NCBI GenBank assembly: GCA_965231135.1
Contig: OZ246419.1
Span: forward strand, 184,754-248,753
Direction of reading: 5' to 3'
DNA: 64,000 bases
DNA from: an uncultured Gammaproteobacteria bacterium
GTDB taxonomy: Bacteria > Patescibacteriota > Microgenomatia > UBA8517
The stretch's first letter is position 1, and each line of letters begins with the position of its first letter. Below are positions 1-10,135 of this stretch, piece after piece. A program made the translations under genes and the position numbers. The notes under the pieces are model-generated. The model ran no database searches. It saw nothing but the letters and a program-made list of their open reading frames with translations, and was not told the origin of the DNA.

Positions 1-234
1 TTCTTTACGCCATGGGCACTATCTCCGCGCATTATGTTTTTGTATCACTATCTGCCCTCAATTCCCTTTATGGCGATTTTAATTGCATATGTTTTAAGAA
101 GATTTAAAGAATGGAGAATTCCATTTTTTGTTCTTGCCCTAATTTTATTTATTTATTTTTATCCACACTGGGCGGGACTTAAAATTCCATTGCAACTTGA
201 TACTTCATATTACTGGTTCCCAAGCTGGAGATAA
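1..234 (+). CDS. C-terminal fragment of PMT-family (dolichyl-phosphate-mannose:protein mannosyltransferase-like) glycosyltransferase
   Basis: Frame is open from base 1 (FFTPWALSPRIMFLYHYLPS...YFYPHWAG...WFPSWR). R-x-(M/L)FLYHYLP and the terminal W-x-x-x-W are typical of the PMT C-terminal 4TM region. Confidence 0.7.
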   Translation, partial: FFTPWALSPRIMFLYHYLPSIPFMAILIAYVLRRFKEWRIPFFVLALILFIYFYPHWAGLKIPLQLDTSYYWFPSWR

Positions 235-635
235 TCTAATTTTTCTTTTGCTTCTTTGTAACTAATACACCAAAGATAAAGTGGGCCTGATAAATATTTT
301 GCTCTGCGAGCTGTATCGAATTTCATATTTTTACTCTTTAGATATTTTATTTGCGTTTTTATTGCTTCAAATTCTTCATTAAAACGAAAGTTTCTCGAGA
401 AACAGTATTTTAAACCCCAAATAAACCAGCCAGCTTGTTTTTGTCTTTTGATGTGAGTTTGTTCGTGTAATAAAACTGAAACGTATTCTGGATTTGGATT
501 TTTTGACTTTAAGTTTTCGTAAATATTTTTTGGAATATAAATATTTGGATAAATTGCGTGAGCTGTATATTTGCCAAGAAGTGGCAAAGCTGTCCATGGA
601 AAAGTTTTGATTTTTACATTAGAAGGCAATTCCAT
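210..635 (-). CDS. hypothetical HExxH metallopeptidase-like protein
   Basis: LLHEQTH motif; TATAAT 6 nt upstream of ATG. Confidence 0.55.
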   Translation of the reverse strand: MELPSNVKIKTFPWTALPLLGKYTAHAIYPNIYIPKNIYENLKSKNPNPEYVSVLLHEQTHIKRQKQAGWFIWGLKYCFSRNFRFNEEFEAIKTQIKYLKSKNMKFDTARRAKYLSGPLYLWCISYKEAKEKLDYLQLGNQ

Positions 636-656
636 ATTGGAATTATATAATTTTAT

Positions 657-770
657 TTAATAAGGTAAAAACTTAAAACCCAGAAAGTTGAAAATAAAAT
701 TCCGGAGCCAATAAAATTTGATTAAAAAAGGAGCTGCAAATAAACCTGAGTAACTGATGAAGTTTGGCAT
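657..770 (-). pseudogene. 37-aa hydrophobic ORF or decayed membrane-protein remnant
   Basis: ATG overlaps the upstream stop (TAATG); MPNFISYSGLFAAPFLIK...; an alternative frame gives TM-like FIGSGILFSTFWVLSFYLIK*. Confidence 0.35.
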
Positions 771-1330
771 TAAAGTACTAATGCAAGGCTTATAACTAAC
801 AGTACAGCTCCTGCACCAATACCGATAATTGTTGGTTCAACTGTACCAGAGTTTGGCAATTGAGGGGCTGGGGTTGGAGACGCTGTTGCGATAAACGGTG
901 TTGCTGTTGCAGTAGATGTTGGCGTTGGTGACGGTGTTGGTGATGCTGTTTGGCAAACACAGGAAGTACTATCAGTACATGATGGATTTCTACAAACTCC
1001 GCCTGAGCAAGCCATTCCTGATATACAATCTGAATTGGTTGAACATGTTGTTCCACACTGGGGAACTGGAGTTGGGGTGGGGGTTGGAGAAACTGTTGGC
1101 GTTGGGCTAGCTGACGCTGTTGGGGTAGGTGTTGCAATAGTGAAAGTTAAGGCAGTGCAAGCTGGTGCTGGAGTTGCTGCATGAGGCTCACTGACAGGTG
1201 CATTTGGTGCAACTGCAGTTTGGCGAGATTGATAAAGCTTGATAGCAGTAAAGACCGCAATTCCTGCTAAAACAAGAGTTGCGATGACAATTATTATTGT
1301 GATAATATTTTTCTTTAAAAAATCTTGCAT
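770..1330 (-). CDS. Pro/Thr-rich surface protein with 8-Cys module and LPXTG-like (LPNSG) sorting signal
   Basis: N-terminal TM, PT linkers, Cys module at 953-1057, LPNSG at 845-859 followed by a hydrophobic tail. Confidence 0.75.
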   Translation of the reverse strand: MQDFLKKNIITIIIVIATLVLAGIAVFTAIKLYQSRQTAVAPNAPVSEPHAATPAPACTALTFTIATPTPTASASPTPTVSPTPTPTPVPQCGTTCSTNSDCISGMACSGGVCRNPSCTDSTSCVCQTASPTPSPTPTSTATATPFIATASPTPAPQLPNSGTVEPTIIGIGAGAVLLVISLALVL

Positions 1331-1331
1331 A

Positions 1332-2414
1332 TTAGAACCATTGATTTAAGCTTGCTTCATGAACTTCTGCTGTAATACTGAAACTTGAAACTCCTGATGG
1401 AATTGTATAGACCATATAAAAAGTTGAAGCGTCACCCGGCTTTGTTGATGTAACTGATGGTTGGAGGCTGCCATTGATCGTGAATCTTGCCATGTCTAGA
1501 GTACCAGTTGTCGTTCCGGTTACTGCAAGATTAACGTTTGTACCTGGAGTAAGCTGAGAAAGTTGGGCGATTGTTAAAGGTGCCCAGTTTGTGTCATATG
1601 CTTGTATATTTGAACAGGAAGCAGTAATTGTTGATGGTGTTGGAGTAGGTGTTTGACAGACACACGTTGCGGAAGTTATACAAGAAGGATTTCGACAAAC
1701 TCCTGCAGAGCAAGTCATACCATTTGCACAGTTAGCATTTGTTGTACAAGTACTTCCACATTGAGGAACTGGAGTTGGTATTGGTGTTGGGGCTGGAGTT
1801 TGAGCTGCGGCGCAACTGCAAACACCATTGCCTGAACCGACAACATCTATTTGTTGACAGGAACCTGCAGCTGGGGTTGTACAATAAGTACCAGTACCAA
1901 CTGTTTGGGTACCTTGATTGTTTTGAGAGGTAGGACAATTTGGACCACTGAATCTTTGGATCTGGACTGTGCCTGATGTTACATTAATACAACTTCCCGA
2001 TGCATTCCAATTTGAACCGCTTCCTCCGCCTCCGCCACAATTGTTTCCTCCATTACAAAACCCTCCTTGAGGTGCGCATTCAGGATGATTACTGCTTGAT
2101 GCTGCAGACCACGATCCACCTCTGCCCGCACAAGATCCAGCATCACTGCAGATATTGGAACAATTTCCTGCTGCTTCCTGGGGAATTAATTGTTTATTGT
2201 TTTGATTTTTGACAACTGCGACTCCTGCAACTAATGCCCCAATCATAAGTAGAAGGCTAAACATAGTTACGACGACTCTTTTTAAATTACTTTTTGGGCC
2301 TGGAGTAGAAGATGAAGTAACAACTGGATTTGGATCTGTTGGGCCGATTTGAGAAACTGGCGGAATTACCTGCTCGGTTGGGTTTTGAGGAACAGAACTA
2401 TCCATATATTTCAT
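1332..2414 (-). CDS. Cys-rich membrane-anchored surface protein
   Basis: TM helix, many Cys/Gly, PT linkers, same 8-Cys module at 1656-1760, C-terminal beta-rich domain. Confidence 0.75.
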   Translation of the reverse strand: MKYMDSSVPQNPTEQVIPPVSQIGPTDPNPVVTSSSTPGPKSNLKRVVVTMFSLLLMIGALVAGVAVVKNQNNKQLIPQEAAGNCSNICSDAGSCAGRGGSWSAASSSNHPECAPQGGFCNGGNNCGGGGGSGSNWNASGSCINVTSGTVQIQRFSGPNCPTSQNNQGTQTVGTGTYCTTPAAGSCQQIDVVGSGNGVCSCAAAQTPAPTPIPTPVPQCGSTCTTNANCANGMTCSAGVCRNPSCITSATCVCQTPTPTPSTITASCSNIQAYDTNWAPLTIAQLSQLTPGTNVNLAVTGTTTGTLDMARFTINGSLQPSVTSTKPGDASTFYMVYTIPSGVSSFSITAEVHEASLNQWF

Positions 2415-2455
2415 AATATTGCAGTATCTTATGTGGAGTCAAGCAGAATTTCAGT

Positions 2456-3166
2456 TTAGGGAAGATTTATCTGTACAGATGGAACTTGATTTGAACCTGT
2501 GTTATTAGTTTGATTTCTGAAATCGTAAGCGTTTCCAAGAATTATTAAAGGAACTGGATTTGCGTCCTGTAAATTAATTTTTGCGGATGCAATTGAAGTT
2601 ACCGAGCTTTCAACAAGGATTTGTAAAAGAGTATTACCATCAACTTTTGGAATTGTTGCTATCCAATTTCCGCTTGGAGTAACAATACTTGCAAAATTAC
2701 TATTTCCTTCGACAATATAAACCAAAGCGTTTTTGGCTGGAAAATTATCTTTGTCAAAGACTTGTCCAGAAATGATTTGAGTATTTGTTGAAGAATTTTT
2801 TGTTACCGCTGATGAAACGGGCAAATTGTCAAAAAAGCTACCACTTGAGTTTATACGAAATGAATAATTGGTATTATTTTGCAGATTGGTTATTTTTACA
2901 AAATGAGTTAGAGTTTTGGTTGTGATTTCACTTTCGTTTGTTTGGCCGTTTCCTGAATATTCTACAAAACCAATTGAAGGATTATCTGTCAGCCAAGTGA
3001 CAGTAAAAGAATTGCTTTCAATATTTGTAACTCTTACATCTTGAGGATTGTCGAGAGTGTCTGCATTTGAAGTAAAAACTTTTGCTTCGTTGATTATAAA
3101 AACAGACGAAGTAATAGCAGTTAATAAAATAAAAATTGCTAGGACACTTGGAATTTTTGCTTTCAT
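2456..3166 (-). CDS. fibronectin type III / purple-acid-phosphatase N-terminal-like surface protein
   Basis: N-terminal TM; PQDVRVTNI...FTVTWLTD...HFVKITNL...YSFRINS FN3 pattern; ISGQV carboxypeptidase-regulatory-like domain. Confidence 0.7.
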   Translation of the reverse strand: MKAKIPSVLAIFILLTAITSSVFIINEAKVFTSNADTLDNPQDVRVTNIESNSFTVTWLTDNPSIGFVEYSGNGQTNESEITTKTLTHFVKITNLQNNTNYSFRINSSGSFFDNLPVSSAVTKNSSTNTQIISGQVFDKDNFPAKNALVYIVEGNSNFASIVTPSGNWIATIPKVDGNTLLQILVESSVTSIASAKINLQDANPVPLIILGNAYDFRNQTNNTGSNQVPSVQINLP

Positions 3167-3495
3167 GGTGTTGCAGATGGTGACGGGGTAACACTTGCTG
3201 AAGGCGTACTTACTGATATTGGAGTTGGAGAAGGCGTAAGCGATGGAATTGGTGTTCCTGTTTCTGATACTGCTTCGGTATTTCCTATTTGATCATCTGT
3301 AAGATAGTTTCTTGCTTGTATTGCATCTAAACTTTTTGTATCAAGAGTTGGATCAAGGGGATTAATTATTGCTTGGGGAACAGGAGGGACAGGTTTGGTT
3401 GTAAGGCTGTGATAAACTTCAAATCCAGTCCAAAAGATCACTGTTATTAGTGTAAGAATTGCTGTTATTAATATTCCAGGTTTTTTTGCTTTCAT
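3163..3495 (-). CDS. small membrane protein downstream of pilO (PilP position)
   Basis: N-terminal TM, Pro/Ser/Thr tail, operon-coupled. Confidence 0.6.
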   Translation of the reverse strand: MKAKKPGILITAILTLITVIFWTGFEVYHSLTTKPVPPVPQAIINPLDPTLDTKSLDAIQARNYLTDDQIGNTEAVSETGTPIPSLTPSPTPISVSTPSASVTPSPSATP

Positions 3496-3496
3496 A

Positions 3497-4102
3497 TTAT
3501 TGTATGTAAGGAATTTGTGGCGTAATTGTCAAATTCAAAACATTATTTTGAATACTAAGATCAAATTTGATAAAGTTTGCCGGTCTTCTTAAATTTTCAA
3601 TATCTTTTATCATGTTTTCAAGACTTGAATAATCTCCTGTAGCTAAGAAAGTAATTTGTGCGGACTGAGCAGCAGGAGCTGCACTTGATGATGCAACTAA
3701 AGGAATATTTGATGTTTGCATACTTTGAATACTAACATTTTCTTTTTGCGCAAGACCAACAATTTGGCGAATGTAATCTTGTATACCAGGATTAAACGGA
3801 ACTGCCTGGTCTAATAATTTGATTTTATCTTCGTTTTGGTTGAAGAGATTTTGGGCAATCCCTAAATTTTTAATTTTGGTGTCAAGAGCGTCGGATGTTT
3901 GCTGTTCTGCTTGTATTTTTGTAAGTAGATCGCTTATTGTTACAAGAGTTGGTTTAATTGCGAACACAAAAAAGATTGCAACTGCAGTGATAGAAAGAAG
4001 GACTTCCAGATAAGATTTCAGATCCTGTCTTTGTCTATACAAGGCAAAGATATTTGCAAAATATCTTTGATAAGTAACTTCTCGAAAACTATTAGTTGCC
4101 AT
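3497..4102 (-). CDS. pilO: type IV pilus assembly protein PilO-like
   Basis: TM, coiled coil, then AVP...GDYSSL...IENLRRP PilO-like fold; follows pilN. Confidence 0.7.
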   Translation of the reverse strand: MATNSFREVTYQRYFANIFALYRQRQDLKSYLEVLLSITAVAIFFVFAIKPTLVTISDLLTKIQAEQQTSDALDTKIKNLGIAQNLFNQNEDKIKLLDQAVPFNPGIQDYIRQIVGLAQKENVSIQSMQTSNIPLVASSSAAPAAQSAQITFLATGDYSSLENMIKDIENLRRPANFIKFDLSIQNNVLNLTITPQIPYIQ

Positions 4103-4655
4103 TTGCCCTCCCTTTAATTGTCGCAGTTATCATGAAAGTTAAATCAGGATTTCCTTCTTTTGCGTTAACTGAAGTTACGGCAGCGCTTGTGAAATTTGTT
4201 CCTGAATTTAAACTTTGAAGAAATAAAGAAATGTCGTTTTGGTTTTGGGTGGTGCCTGTTAATTCTAGTTTTGATCCGTTAATATTTGTTTCTGTCAGAA
4301 TAATATCTGAGGGAATTTTACCGCTTATTTCGTCTAGAATTGGGCTTAAATTATTGGATGCTACATTATAAGTTGCAAAGAGGGCAATTTGAGACTGGGT
4401 TTGACGAAATTTATTTTCAAAAATGGAATATGAAGAGACAATGGTTTTTTTTTGGTTTATATCGTCTATCAACTGCGAAGATTTGGCATCAAGGACAAAA
4501 CGAGACAAGAAGGCAGCCATAACAATCATTTCTGTAGCTATAACAATATAACGAAATGTAGTTAAGACCCATTTTAGAGTACGGCCGAATGTTGAAGCTT
4601 CAAATTCTTCTTGGGGAAGAAGATTAATTTGTTTTTCTTTGATTTTTTTAGCCAT
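4092..4655 (-). CDS. pilN: type IV pilus assembly protein PilN-like
   Basis: INLLP motif, TM, IPSDIIL...LELTG...F...L PilN domain. Confidence 0.8.
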   Translation of the reverse strand: MAKKIKEKQINLLPQEEFEASTFGRTLKWVLTTFRYIVIATEMIVMAAFLSRFVLDAKSSQLIDDINQKKTIVSSYSIFENKFRQTQSQIALFATYNVASNNLSPILDEISGKIPSDIILTETNINGSKLELTGTTQNQNDISLFLQSLNSGTNFTSAAVTSVNAKEGNPDLTFMITATIKGRANGN

Positions 4656-4701
4656 GGCAGGATAGTTATTTCAATATACCATATGAAAGAATGTGAAAGA
4701 A

Positions 4702-4729
4702 CTATCGCGAAGCGACAAGCTTCGCTTAT
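4702..4729 (-). repeat. ATAAGC double-hairpin element copy on rpsT stop codon
   Basis: Minus strand reads ATAAGC-GAA-GCTTGT-CGC-TTC-GCG-ATAG; its TAA is the rpsT stop. Confidence 0.85.
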
Positions 4730-4974
4730 TTTTTCTTTGAAGTTTTATTTAACTTTGAGAGAGAGGATTTGATTCTTGCAGCTTTGTTTTTATGAATAGT
4801 GTGCTTTTTAGCAGCACGATCTGCAAGAGACATTGCAGATTTAATTGCTTTATCGCTTTTTGATTTTTTTGCTTGTCTAATTGCTGCCTCAAGCTTTTTT
4901 ATAATAGATAAATTAATGATTCCTTTTTTTGTGGAACCTCTTAACGCTCTTTTTGCTGATACTGTTACTGGCAT
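4726..4974 (-). CDS. rpsT: 30S ribosomal protein S20
   Basis: SAKRALR...DRAAKKHTIHKNKAARIKS. Confidence 0.95.
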   Translation of the reverse strand: MPVTVSAKRALRGSTKKGIINLSIIKKLEAAIRQAKKSKSDKAIKSAMSLADRAAKKHTIHKNKAARIKSSLSKLNKTSKKK

Positions 4975-5001
4975 ATCTTCAAGTATAATATAAATTCAGG
5001 C

Positions 5002-6681
5002 ATGAATCAAATTCTTAATAAGTCCAAGAAAATATTTTTATCAGAGCAGACTTCAATCCTTTCTGCTGCAAATGTAATTATGGTGATGACATTTTCATCG
5101 CTTATTTTGGGATTGCTGCAAAAGCGTGTGATATTAACCTTTTTTGATCAGGACCAATTTTCGCTTTTTTCTGCAGCATTTAGATTGCCTGATCTTGTTT
5201 TTTCTGTTCTTGTTTATGGAATGTTTGCTTCTGCTTTTATACCGATTTTTACAAAATTACTTCGACGAGGGAATAAAGAAGCATGGGAGACTGCAAGCCG
5301 CACTGTAAATATTTGTTTAATTTCATTTGCCTTTTTTGCAATACTGATTGGGATTTTTGCAGACCAATTTTATTCTTTGATTGCACCAGGATATACAGGA
5401 GCTGAGATTCATTTAATTGCAAACTTGGCACGGGTGATGTTTTTTGCACAAGGAATTTTTGTGATTAGTTATGTATTAACTAGTGTTCTTGAATCTTTGA
5501 GAAGATTTTTGATTCCTGCACTTGCTCCTGTATTTTATAATTTGGGATTAATAATTGGAACAGTGCTACTTCATAAACAACTTGGGCTTATGGCACCTGC
5601 TGTTGGAGTAGTTCTTGGAGCATTAACGCATTTTTTGATTCAATTACCACTTGCTTATCAGCTTGGATTTAGATTTGGAAAAAATATAAAACCAAACGAC
5701 GGAGTGAAAGATATTGCAAAACTTGCTGCTCCAAGGCTTGTTGATTTGGGATTTCAACAAATTGCTGATACAGTCGTGCTTTATTTTGCATCTTTAATTT
5801 CTGTTGCTTCTTATGGATATTTTACCCTTGCCAATTCATTACAGGCTGCGCCTGTCCGGCTTTTTGGAACAAGTTTGGCAAAGGCAGCACTGCCAACTTT
5901 AACTCGGGAAAATGAAAACTTACCAAAATTCCGCGATATTTTATTTAGGACAATTTACCAAATGTTTTTTTTGGTTGCTCCTGTTGTTACTTTATTGATA
6001 GTTCTTCGTATTCCTATTGTTAGAATTTTATTTGGAACTTATAAATTTGATTGGGATGCAACAGTCGAGACAGGGATGGTATTAACGGGATTTAGCGTAG
6101 GGATCGTCTTTCAGACTTTTGTGCCAATGCTTGCGAGAGGGTTTTATGCACTTCATGATACGCAAACTCCTGTAATTATTTCTGTAATTGGAGATTCGTT
6201 TGTGATTGTATCAAGTATATTTTTGGTAAGTAGCCTTCACATGTCTTCCTGGGCACTTGGATTTGCTTATTCGATTGGCGCTTTCATTGAAACAATAATT
6301 TTACTGATTGTTTTGAAACGTAAAATCAAAAACTTTTCTTTGGTCAAAGTAATATTGCCATTGTCAAAAACATTCTTTGCTTGCATTGTTTCAGGGGGAG
6401 TAATGTATTATTTACTTAAGTTTTTTGATAAATGGGATCCTATCAAAATAGCAAGACCAATTGCATTTCAGACGCTTGTAATTGATACAAGATATACTCT
6501 TAATTTGATTGTGCTTACAGGGCTTGTTGCAATTATTGGGATGGTTATATATATAGTATTGTCTTTTGTTTTGAAGTCACAGGAGTTAAATGACATATGG
6601 ATGACAATTTGGTCGAAGAGAGGATTTATTTTGCGAACACCTACAGAACCAGCCGAAGACCTTGAAAACGGAGTATCGTGA
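5002..6681 (+). CDS. murJ: lipid II flippase MurJ/MviN
   Basis: AFRLPDL, SAFIPIF, RGFYALHDTQTPV; multi-TM. Confidence 0.92.
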   Translation: MNQILNKSKKIFLSEQTSILSAANVIMVMTFSSLILGLLQKRVILTFFDQDQFSLFSAAFRLPDLVFSVLVYGMFASAFIPIFTKLLRRGNKEAWETASRTVNICLISFAFFAILIGIFADQFYSLIAPGYTGAEIHLIANLARVMFFAQGIFVISYVLTSVLESLRRFLIPALAPVFYNLGLIIGTVLLHKQLGLMAPAVGVVLGALTHFLIQLPLAYQLGFRFGKNIKPNDGVKDIAKLAAPRLVDLGFQQIADTVVLYFASLISVASYGYFTLANSLQAAPVRLFGTSLAKAALPTLTRENENLPKFRDILFRTIYQMFFLVAPVVTLLIVLRIPIVRILFGTYKFDWDATVETGMVLTGFSVGIVFQTFVPMLARGFYALHDTQTPVIISVIGDSFVIVSSIFLVSSLHMSSWALGFAYSIGAFIETIILLIVLKRKIKNFSLVKVILPLSKTFFACIVSGGVMYYLLKFFDKWDPIKIARPIAFQTLVIDTRYTLNLIVLTGLVAIIGMVIYIVLSFVLKSQELNDIWMTIWSKRGFILRTPTEPAEDLENGVS

Positions 6682-6683
6682 GC

Positions 6684-6721
6684 TTGACAAGGTCCTAGCA
6701 GTCGTATTATATTAGTGCTAA
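6684..6721 (+). promoter_or_regulatory. sigma70 promoter with overlapping CIRCE (HrcA operator)
   Basis: TTGACA at 6684; CTAGCAGTC-N9-TAGTGCTAA at 6695-6721, versus consensus TTAGCACTC-N9-GAGTGCTAA. Confidence 0.9.
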
Positions 6722-6722
6722 G

Positions 6723-7448
6723 ATGACTGGTGCTTTAACTTCGAGACAAACTCAGATACTTAAATCGATTATTGAAGAGTTTATTGCAACTGCGACTCCT
6801 GTTGGGTCAAATGCTCTTGAAAAAAAATATAATTTAGGAATTTCTCCTGCAACAATCCGCGCTGAAATGGTTAATTTGACAGCTATGAAATATTTAAAGC
6901 AACCTCATACTTCAAGCGGAAGAATTCCTACTCCAATGGCGATGAAATTTTATATAAACCAACTTATGGAAGAGAAACAACTGGGAGTAGTTGATGAAGT
7001 GCAGGCAAAAGAACAAGTAGCAAGTGCAAAGGATGACTTTGATAAATTAATGAGTAATGCAACACAAGCGCTAGCTAATAAAACACATAGCTTGGCTGTA
7101 GCTGCAACTGACGAAGGAGATGTTTGGAGAGCGGGAATGAAAAATGTTTTTGATAATCCTGAATTTGAAACTTTGGAAGTTTGCCAGAGAATTTTTTCCA
7201 TGATTGAAGAAGCGAATTTGGTACATGAACTTTTTTTTGAGAGACTTACAGGAATGAGCCCGGTTGAAATTCTTTTTGGACAGGAGCTTTCTTGGCCAAT
7301 GCTATCTGACCTTGGAGTTGTTGCAACAAGATTTGATATAAATGGACGACACGGTGCAATTGGAGTAATTGGACCATTTAGACAGGCGCCAAATATGATT
7401 CCAAGTGTTCGGTATTTTAGAACTTTACTTGAAGAATTATTAGTATAA
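6723..7448 (+). CDS. hrcA: heat-inducible transcription repressor HrcA
   Basis: LTSRQTQIL...PVGS...SPATIR...QPHTSSGRIPT. Confidence 0.95.
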   Translation: MTGALTSRQTQILKSIIEEFIATATPVGSNALEKKYNLGISPATIRAEMVNLTAMKYLKQPHTSSGRIPTPMAMKFYINQLMEEKQLGVVDEVQAKEQVASAKDDFDKLMSNATQALANKTHSLAVAATDEGDVWRAGMKNVFDNPEFETLEVCQRIFSMIEEANLVHELFFERLTGMSPVEILFGQELSWPMLSDLGVVATRFDINGRHGAIGVIGPFRQAPNMIPSVRYFRTLLEELLV

Positions 7449-7487
7449 CTCGTACTTTCTTTTAAAAGAAAGATACGGCAAAGAAAT

Positions 7488-7952
7488 ATGAAACAAAAGA
7501 AACAGGAAAATAAAAAAGAAAATATTGAAGTTGAGATACTTAAAAATCAACTTGCTCGCACTCTTGCTGATTATGATAATCTGCAAAAGAGAACCCAAGA
7601 AGAAAAAATCACATGGATAAAATTTGCAACTGAAAAATTAATTCAAAACCTACTTCCTGTGCTTGATGGTTTTGAAATGGCACAAAAACATTTGAAAGAT
7701 GCTGGGCTTGCAATAACAGTTGGACAATTTAAGGATGTTTTAAAACAAGAAGGACTTGAGGAGATAAATCCAAAAGTTGATGAAACTTTTGATGAAAATA
7801 CAATGGAGGCAATTGAAATAGTTGAAGATAAAGAAAAGAATAATCAAATTGCTGAAGTTTTAACAAATGGATGGAAATTTATGGACGGAATGGTTGTAAG
7901 GCATGCAAGAGTAAAAGTTTTTAAGAAAAATGAGGCTGAAAAAGCCTCTTGA
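7488..7952 (+). CDS. grpE: nucleotide exchange factor GrpE
   Basis: LARTLADYDNLQKR, LLPVLD, VVRHARVKV. Confidence 0.93.
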   Translation: MKQKKQENKKENIEVEILKNQLARTLADYDNLQKRTQEEKITWIKFATEKLIQNLLPVLDGFEMAQKHLKDAGLAITVGQFKDVLKQEGLEEINPKVDETFDENTMEAIEIVEDKEKNNQIAEVLTNGWKFMDGMVVRHARVKVFKKNEAEKAS

Positions 7953-7986
7953 CAAGGAATTGGCAGTCGTTATATATTAGTGCTAA
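7949..7986 (+). promoter_or_regulatory. promoter with CIRCE upstream of dnaK
   Basis: TTGACA at 7949; TTGGCAGTC-N9-TAGTGCTAA at 7960-7986. Confidence 0.9.
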
Positions 7987-8006
7987 TAGAGCTTTATTAA
8001 ATAAAT

Positions 8007-9905
8007 ATGTCGAAAATAATTGGAATTGATTTAGGGACTACAAACAGCTGCGTTGCTGTACTTGAAGCCGGAAGACCAAAAGTTATTCCTGGAGTTGATA
8101 CTGGAAAAAATACTACACCTTCTGTGGTTGAGCCAATTAAAAATCTTGTAGGGGACGTTGCAAAGCGCCAAATGATTCTTAATCCAAAAAATACAATTTA
8201 CTCTGCAAAACGTTTAATGGGTCGTCGATTTGAAGACAAAGAAGTACAAAGAACTATCGATATGGTGCCTTACAAAATTGTTAAGGGTAAAAATGAAATG
8301 GCTGATATTGAAGTTGATGGTAAAACATTTACTCCCCAGGAAATTGGATCACGAGTTTTGATGAAACTCAAAAAAGATGCTGAGAAATATTTAGGGGAAA
8401 CTGTAGACCGCGCTGTAATTACAGTCCCTGCATATTTTGATGATGCGCAAAGACAAGCTACAAAACAAGCTGGAGAAATTGCAGGACTTAAAGTAGAACG
8501 CATTATAAACGAACCAACTGCTGCTGCTCTTGCTTACGGAATGGAAAAGAAAGCAAATCAGAAAATCGCAGTTTACGATCTTGGAGGAGGAACCTTTGAT
8601 ATTTCAGTACTTGAACTTGGAGACGGAGTCTTTGAGGTAAAAGCCACAAACGGAGATACACACCTTGGAGGAGATGATTTTGATGCAAAGATAGTTGATT
8701 ATATTTGTGAAGAATTTAAGAAAGAAACGAGCGTTGATCTTAAAAAAGATCCACAAGCGCTTCAAAGAGTTCGAGATGCAGCTGAAAAAGCAAAAATTGA
8801 ATTAAGCGCTGCTGAAGAGGTAGAAATTAATCAGCCTTATATTACACAACACGACGGACAGCCGCTTCATTTAACAATGAAATTAACACGCGCCAAACTT
8901 GAAGGATTAGTTGATGATTTGATTCAAAAAACAATTAAACCAGTCGAAGAGTGTTTGAAGGATTCTAAATTAAGCGCGAAAGATATTGACGAAGTGATTA
9001 TGGTTGGAGGAATGACTCGTATGCCAAAGGTTGTAGAAACAGTTAAGCAATTTTTTGGAAAAGATCCAAACCAATCAGTTAATCCAGATGAGGTTGTTGC
9101 TGTTGGAGCTGCAATTCAAGGAGGAATTCTTGGAGGAGAAGTAAAAGATATTTTGTTACTTGATGTAACACCACTTACTTTGGCAATTGAAACAATGGGA
9201 GGAGTTGCAACGCCAATGATTCCAAGAAATACAACTATTCCAACAAGCAAGACAGAAACTTTTTCGACGGCAAGCGATAACCAAACACAGGTACAAATTC
9301 ATGTGACTCAAGGAGAGAGACCACTCAGTAATGACAATAAAACTTTGGGAACATTTACACTTGATGGAATTCCACCAGCACCAAGAGGAGTTCCTCAAGT
9401 TGAAGTTACTTTTGATATGGACAGCAGCGGAATTCTTAAGGTGACTGCAAAAGATAAAGCAACTGGAAAGACACAAAATATTCAAATTACTGGAGCTGTA
9501 GGCCTTTCTGATGATGAAGTAAAACGAATGCAGGAAGAAGCTGAGAAAAATAAAGCAGAGGATGAGAAAAAAGCTGAAGAAATTAAGCTCAAAAATCAAG
9601 CTGATGCTTTGATTACAACCGCTGAGAAGGCACTTAAAGATGGAGGAGATAAAGTGCCAGCTGATGTAAAAGAAAAAGTTGAAGCCAAAATAAAAGACCT
9701 TAAAGATGTAATGGAAAAAGGCTCTAAAGATGAAATTGAAGAGAAAACTAAAGCTTTGTCTGAAACTTTATCTGAAATAGGACAGGCAATGTATAAAGGT
9801 CAACAACCAGCTTCTGGAGAACAAAAAGAAGAGAACACAGAAGAAAAGAAAGATGAGAATGCTTCAGAAAAAGATAAAGCTGAAGAGGGACAGGTAGTGG
9901 AATGA
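8007..9905 (+). CDS. dnaK: chaperone DnaK (Hsp70)
   Basis: [29 protein letters not shown]-like motifs. Confidence 0.99.
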   Translation: MSKIIGIDLGTTNSCVAVLEAGRPKVIPGVDTGKNTTPSVVEPIKNLVGDVAKRQMILNPKNTIYSAKRLMGRRFEDKEVQRTIDMVPYKIVKGKNEMADIEVDGKTFTPQEIGSRVLMKLKKDAEKYLGETVDRAVITVPAYFDDAQRQATKQAGEIAGLKVERIINEPTAAALAYGMEKKANQKIAVYDLGGGTFDISVLELGDGVFEVKATNGDTHLGGDDFDAKIVDYICEEFKKETSVDLKKDPQALQRVRDAAEKAKIELSAAEEVEINQPYITQHDGQPLHLTMKLTRAKLEGLVDDLIQKTIKPVEECLKDSKLSAKDIDEVIMVGGMTRMPKVVETVKQFFGKDPNQSVNPDEVVAVGAAIQGGILGGEVKDILLLDVTPLTLAIETMGGVATPMIPRNTTIPTSKTETFSTASDNQTQVQIHVTQGERPLSNDNKTLGTFTLDGIPPAPRGVPQVEVTFDMDSSGILKVTAKDKATGKTQNIQITGAVGLSDDEVKRMQEEAEKNKAEDEKKAEEIKLKNQADALITTAEKALKDGGDKVPADVKEKVEAKIKDLKDVMEKGSKDEIEEKTKALSETLSEIGQAMYKGQQPASGEQKEENTEEKKDENASEKDKAEEGQVVE

Positions 9906-10135
9906 GTAGAGAACATCATACTTCGCACCCAGTTGGTTTATCATTAGATCTTGATCAGTATTATGCAAGGAATCTTAAGTTTTTAGAGGGAGGATTTAAT
10001 CCATATCCGAAATTAACACCGGACGAATCAAAAGAATATTTATTGCTCGGTATAAATATATGCAGTGCAATAGATTTTGATGAAAACTCTGTAAACAGAA
10101 TGAGAGAACTTGAGATTAAGCTGATTGGTAAATAA
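9902..10135 (+). CDS. hypothetical protein
   Basis: ATGA overlap with dnaK stop; fills the gap exactly. Confidence 0.5.
   Translation: MSREHHTSHPVGLSLDLDQYYARNLKFLEGGFNPYPKLTPDESKEYLLLGINICSAIDFDENSVNRMRELEIKLIGK

Noticed and set aside
870-1800. Pro/Thr codon repeats (ggagttgg...) as DNA tandem repeats
   Set aside because: Explained by low-complexity PT linkers with varied codons.
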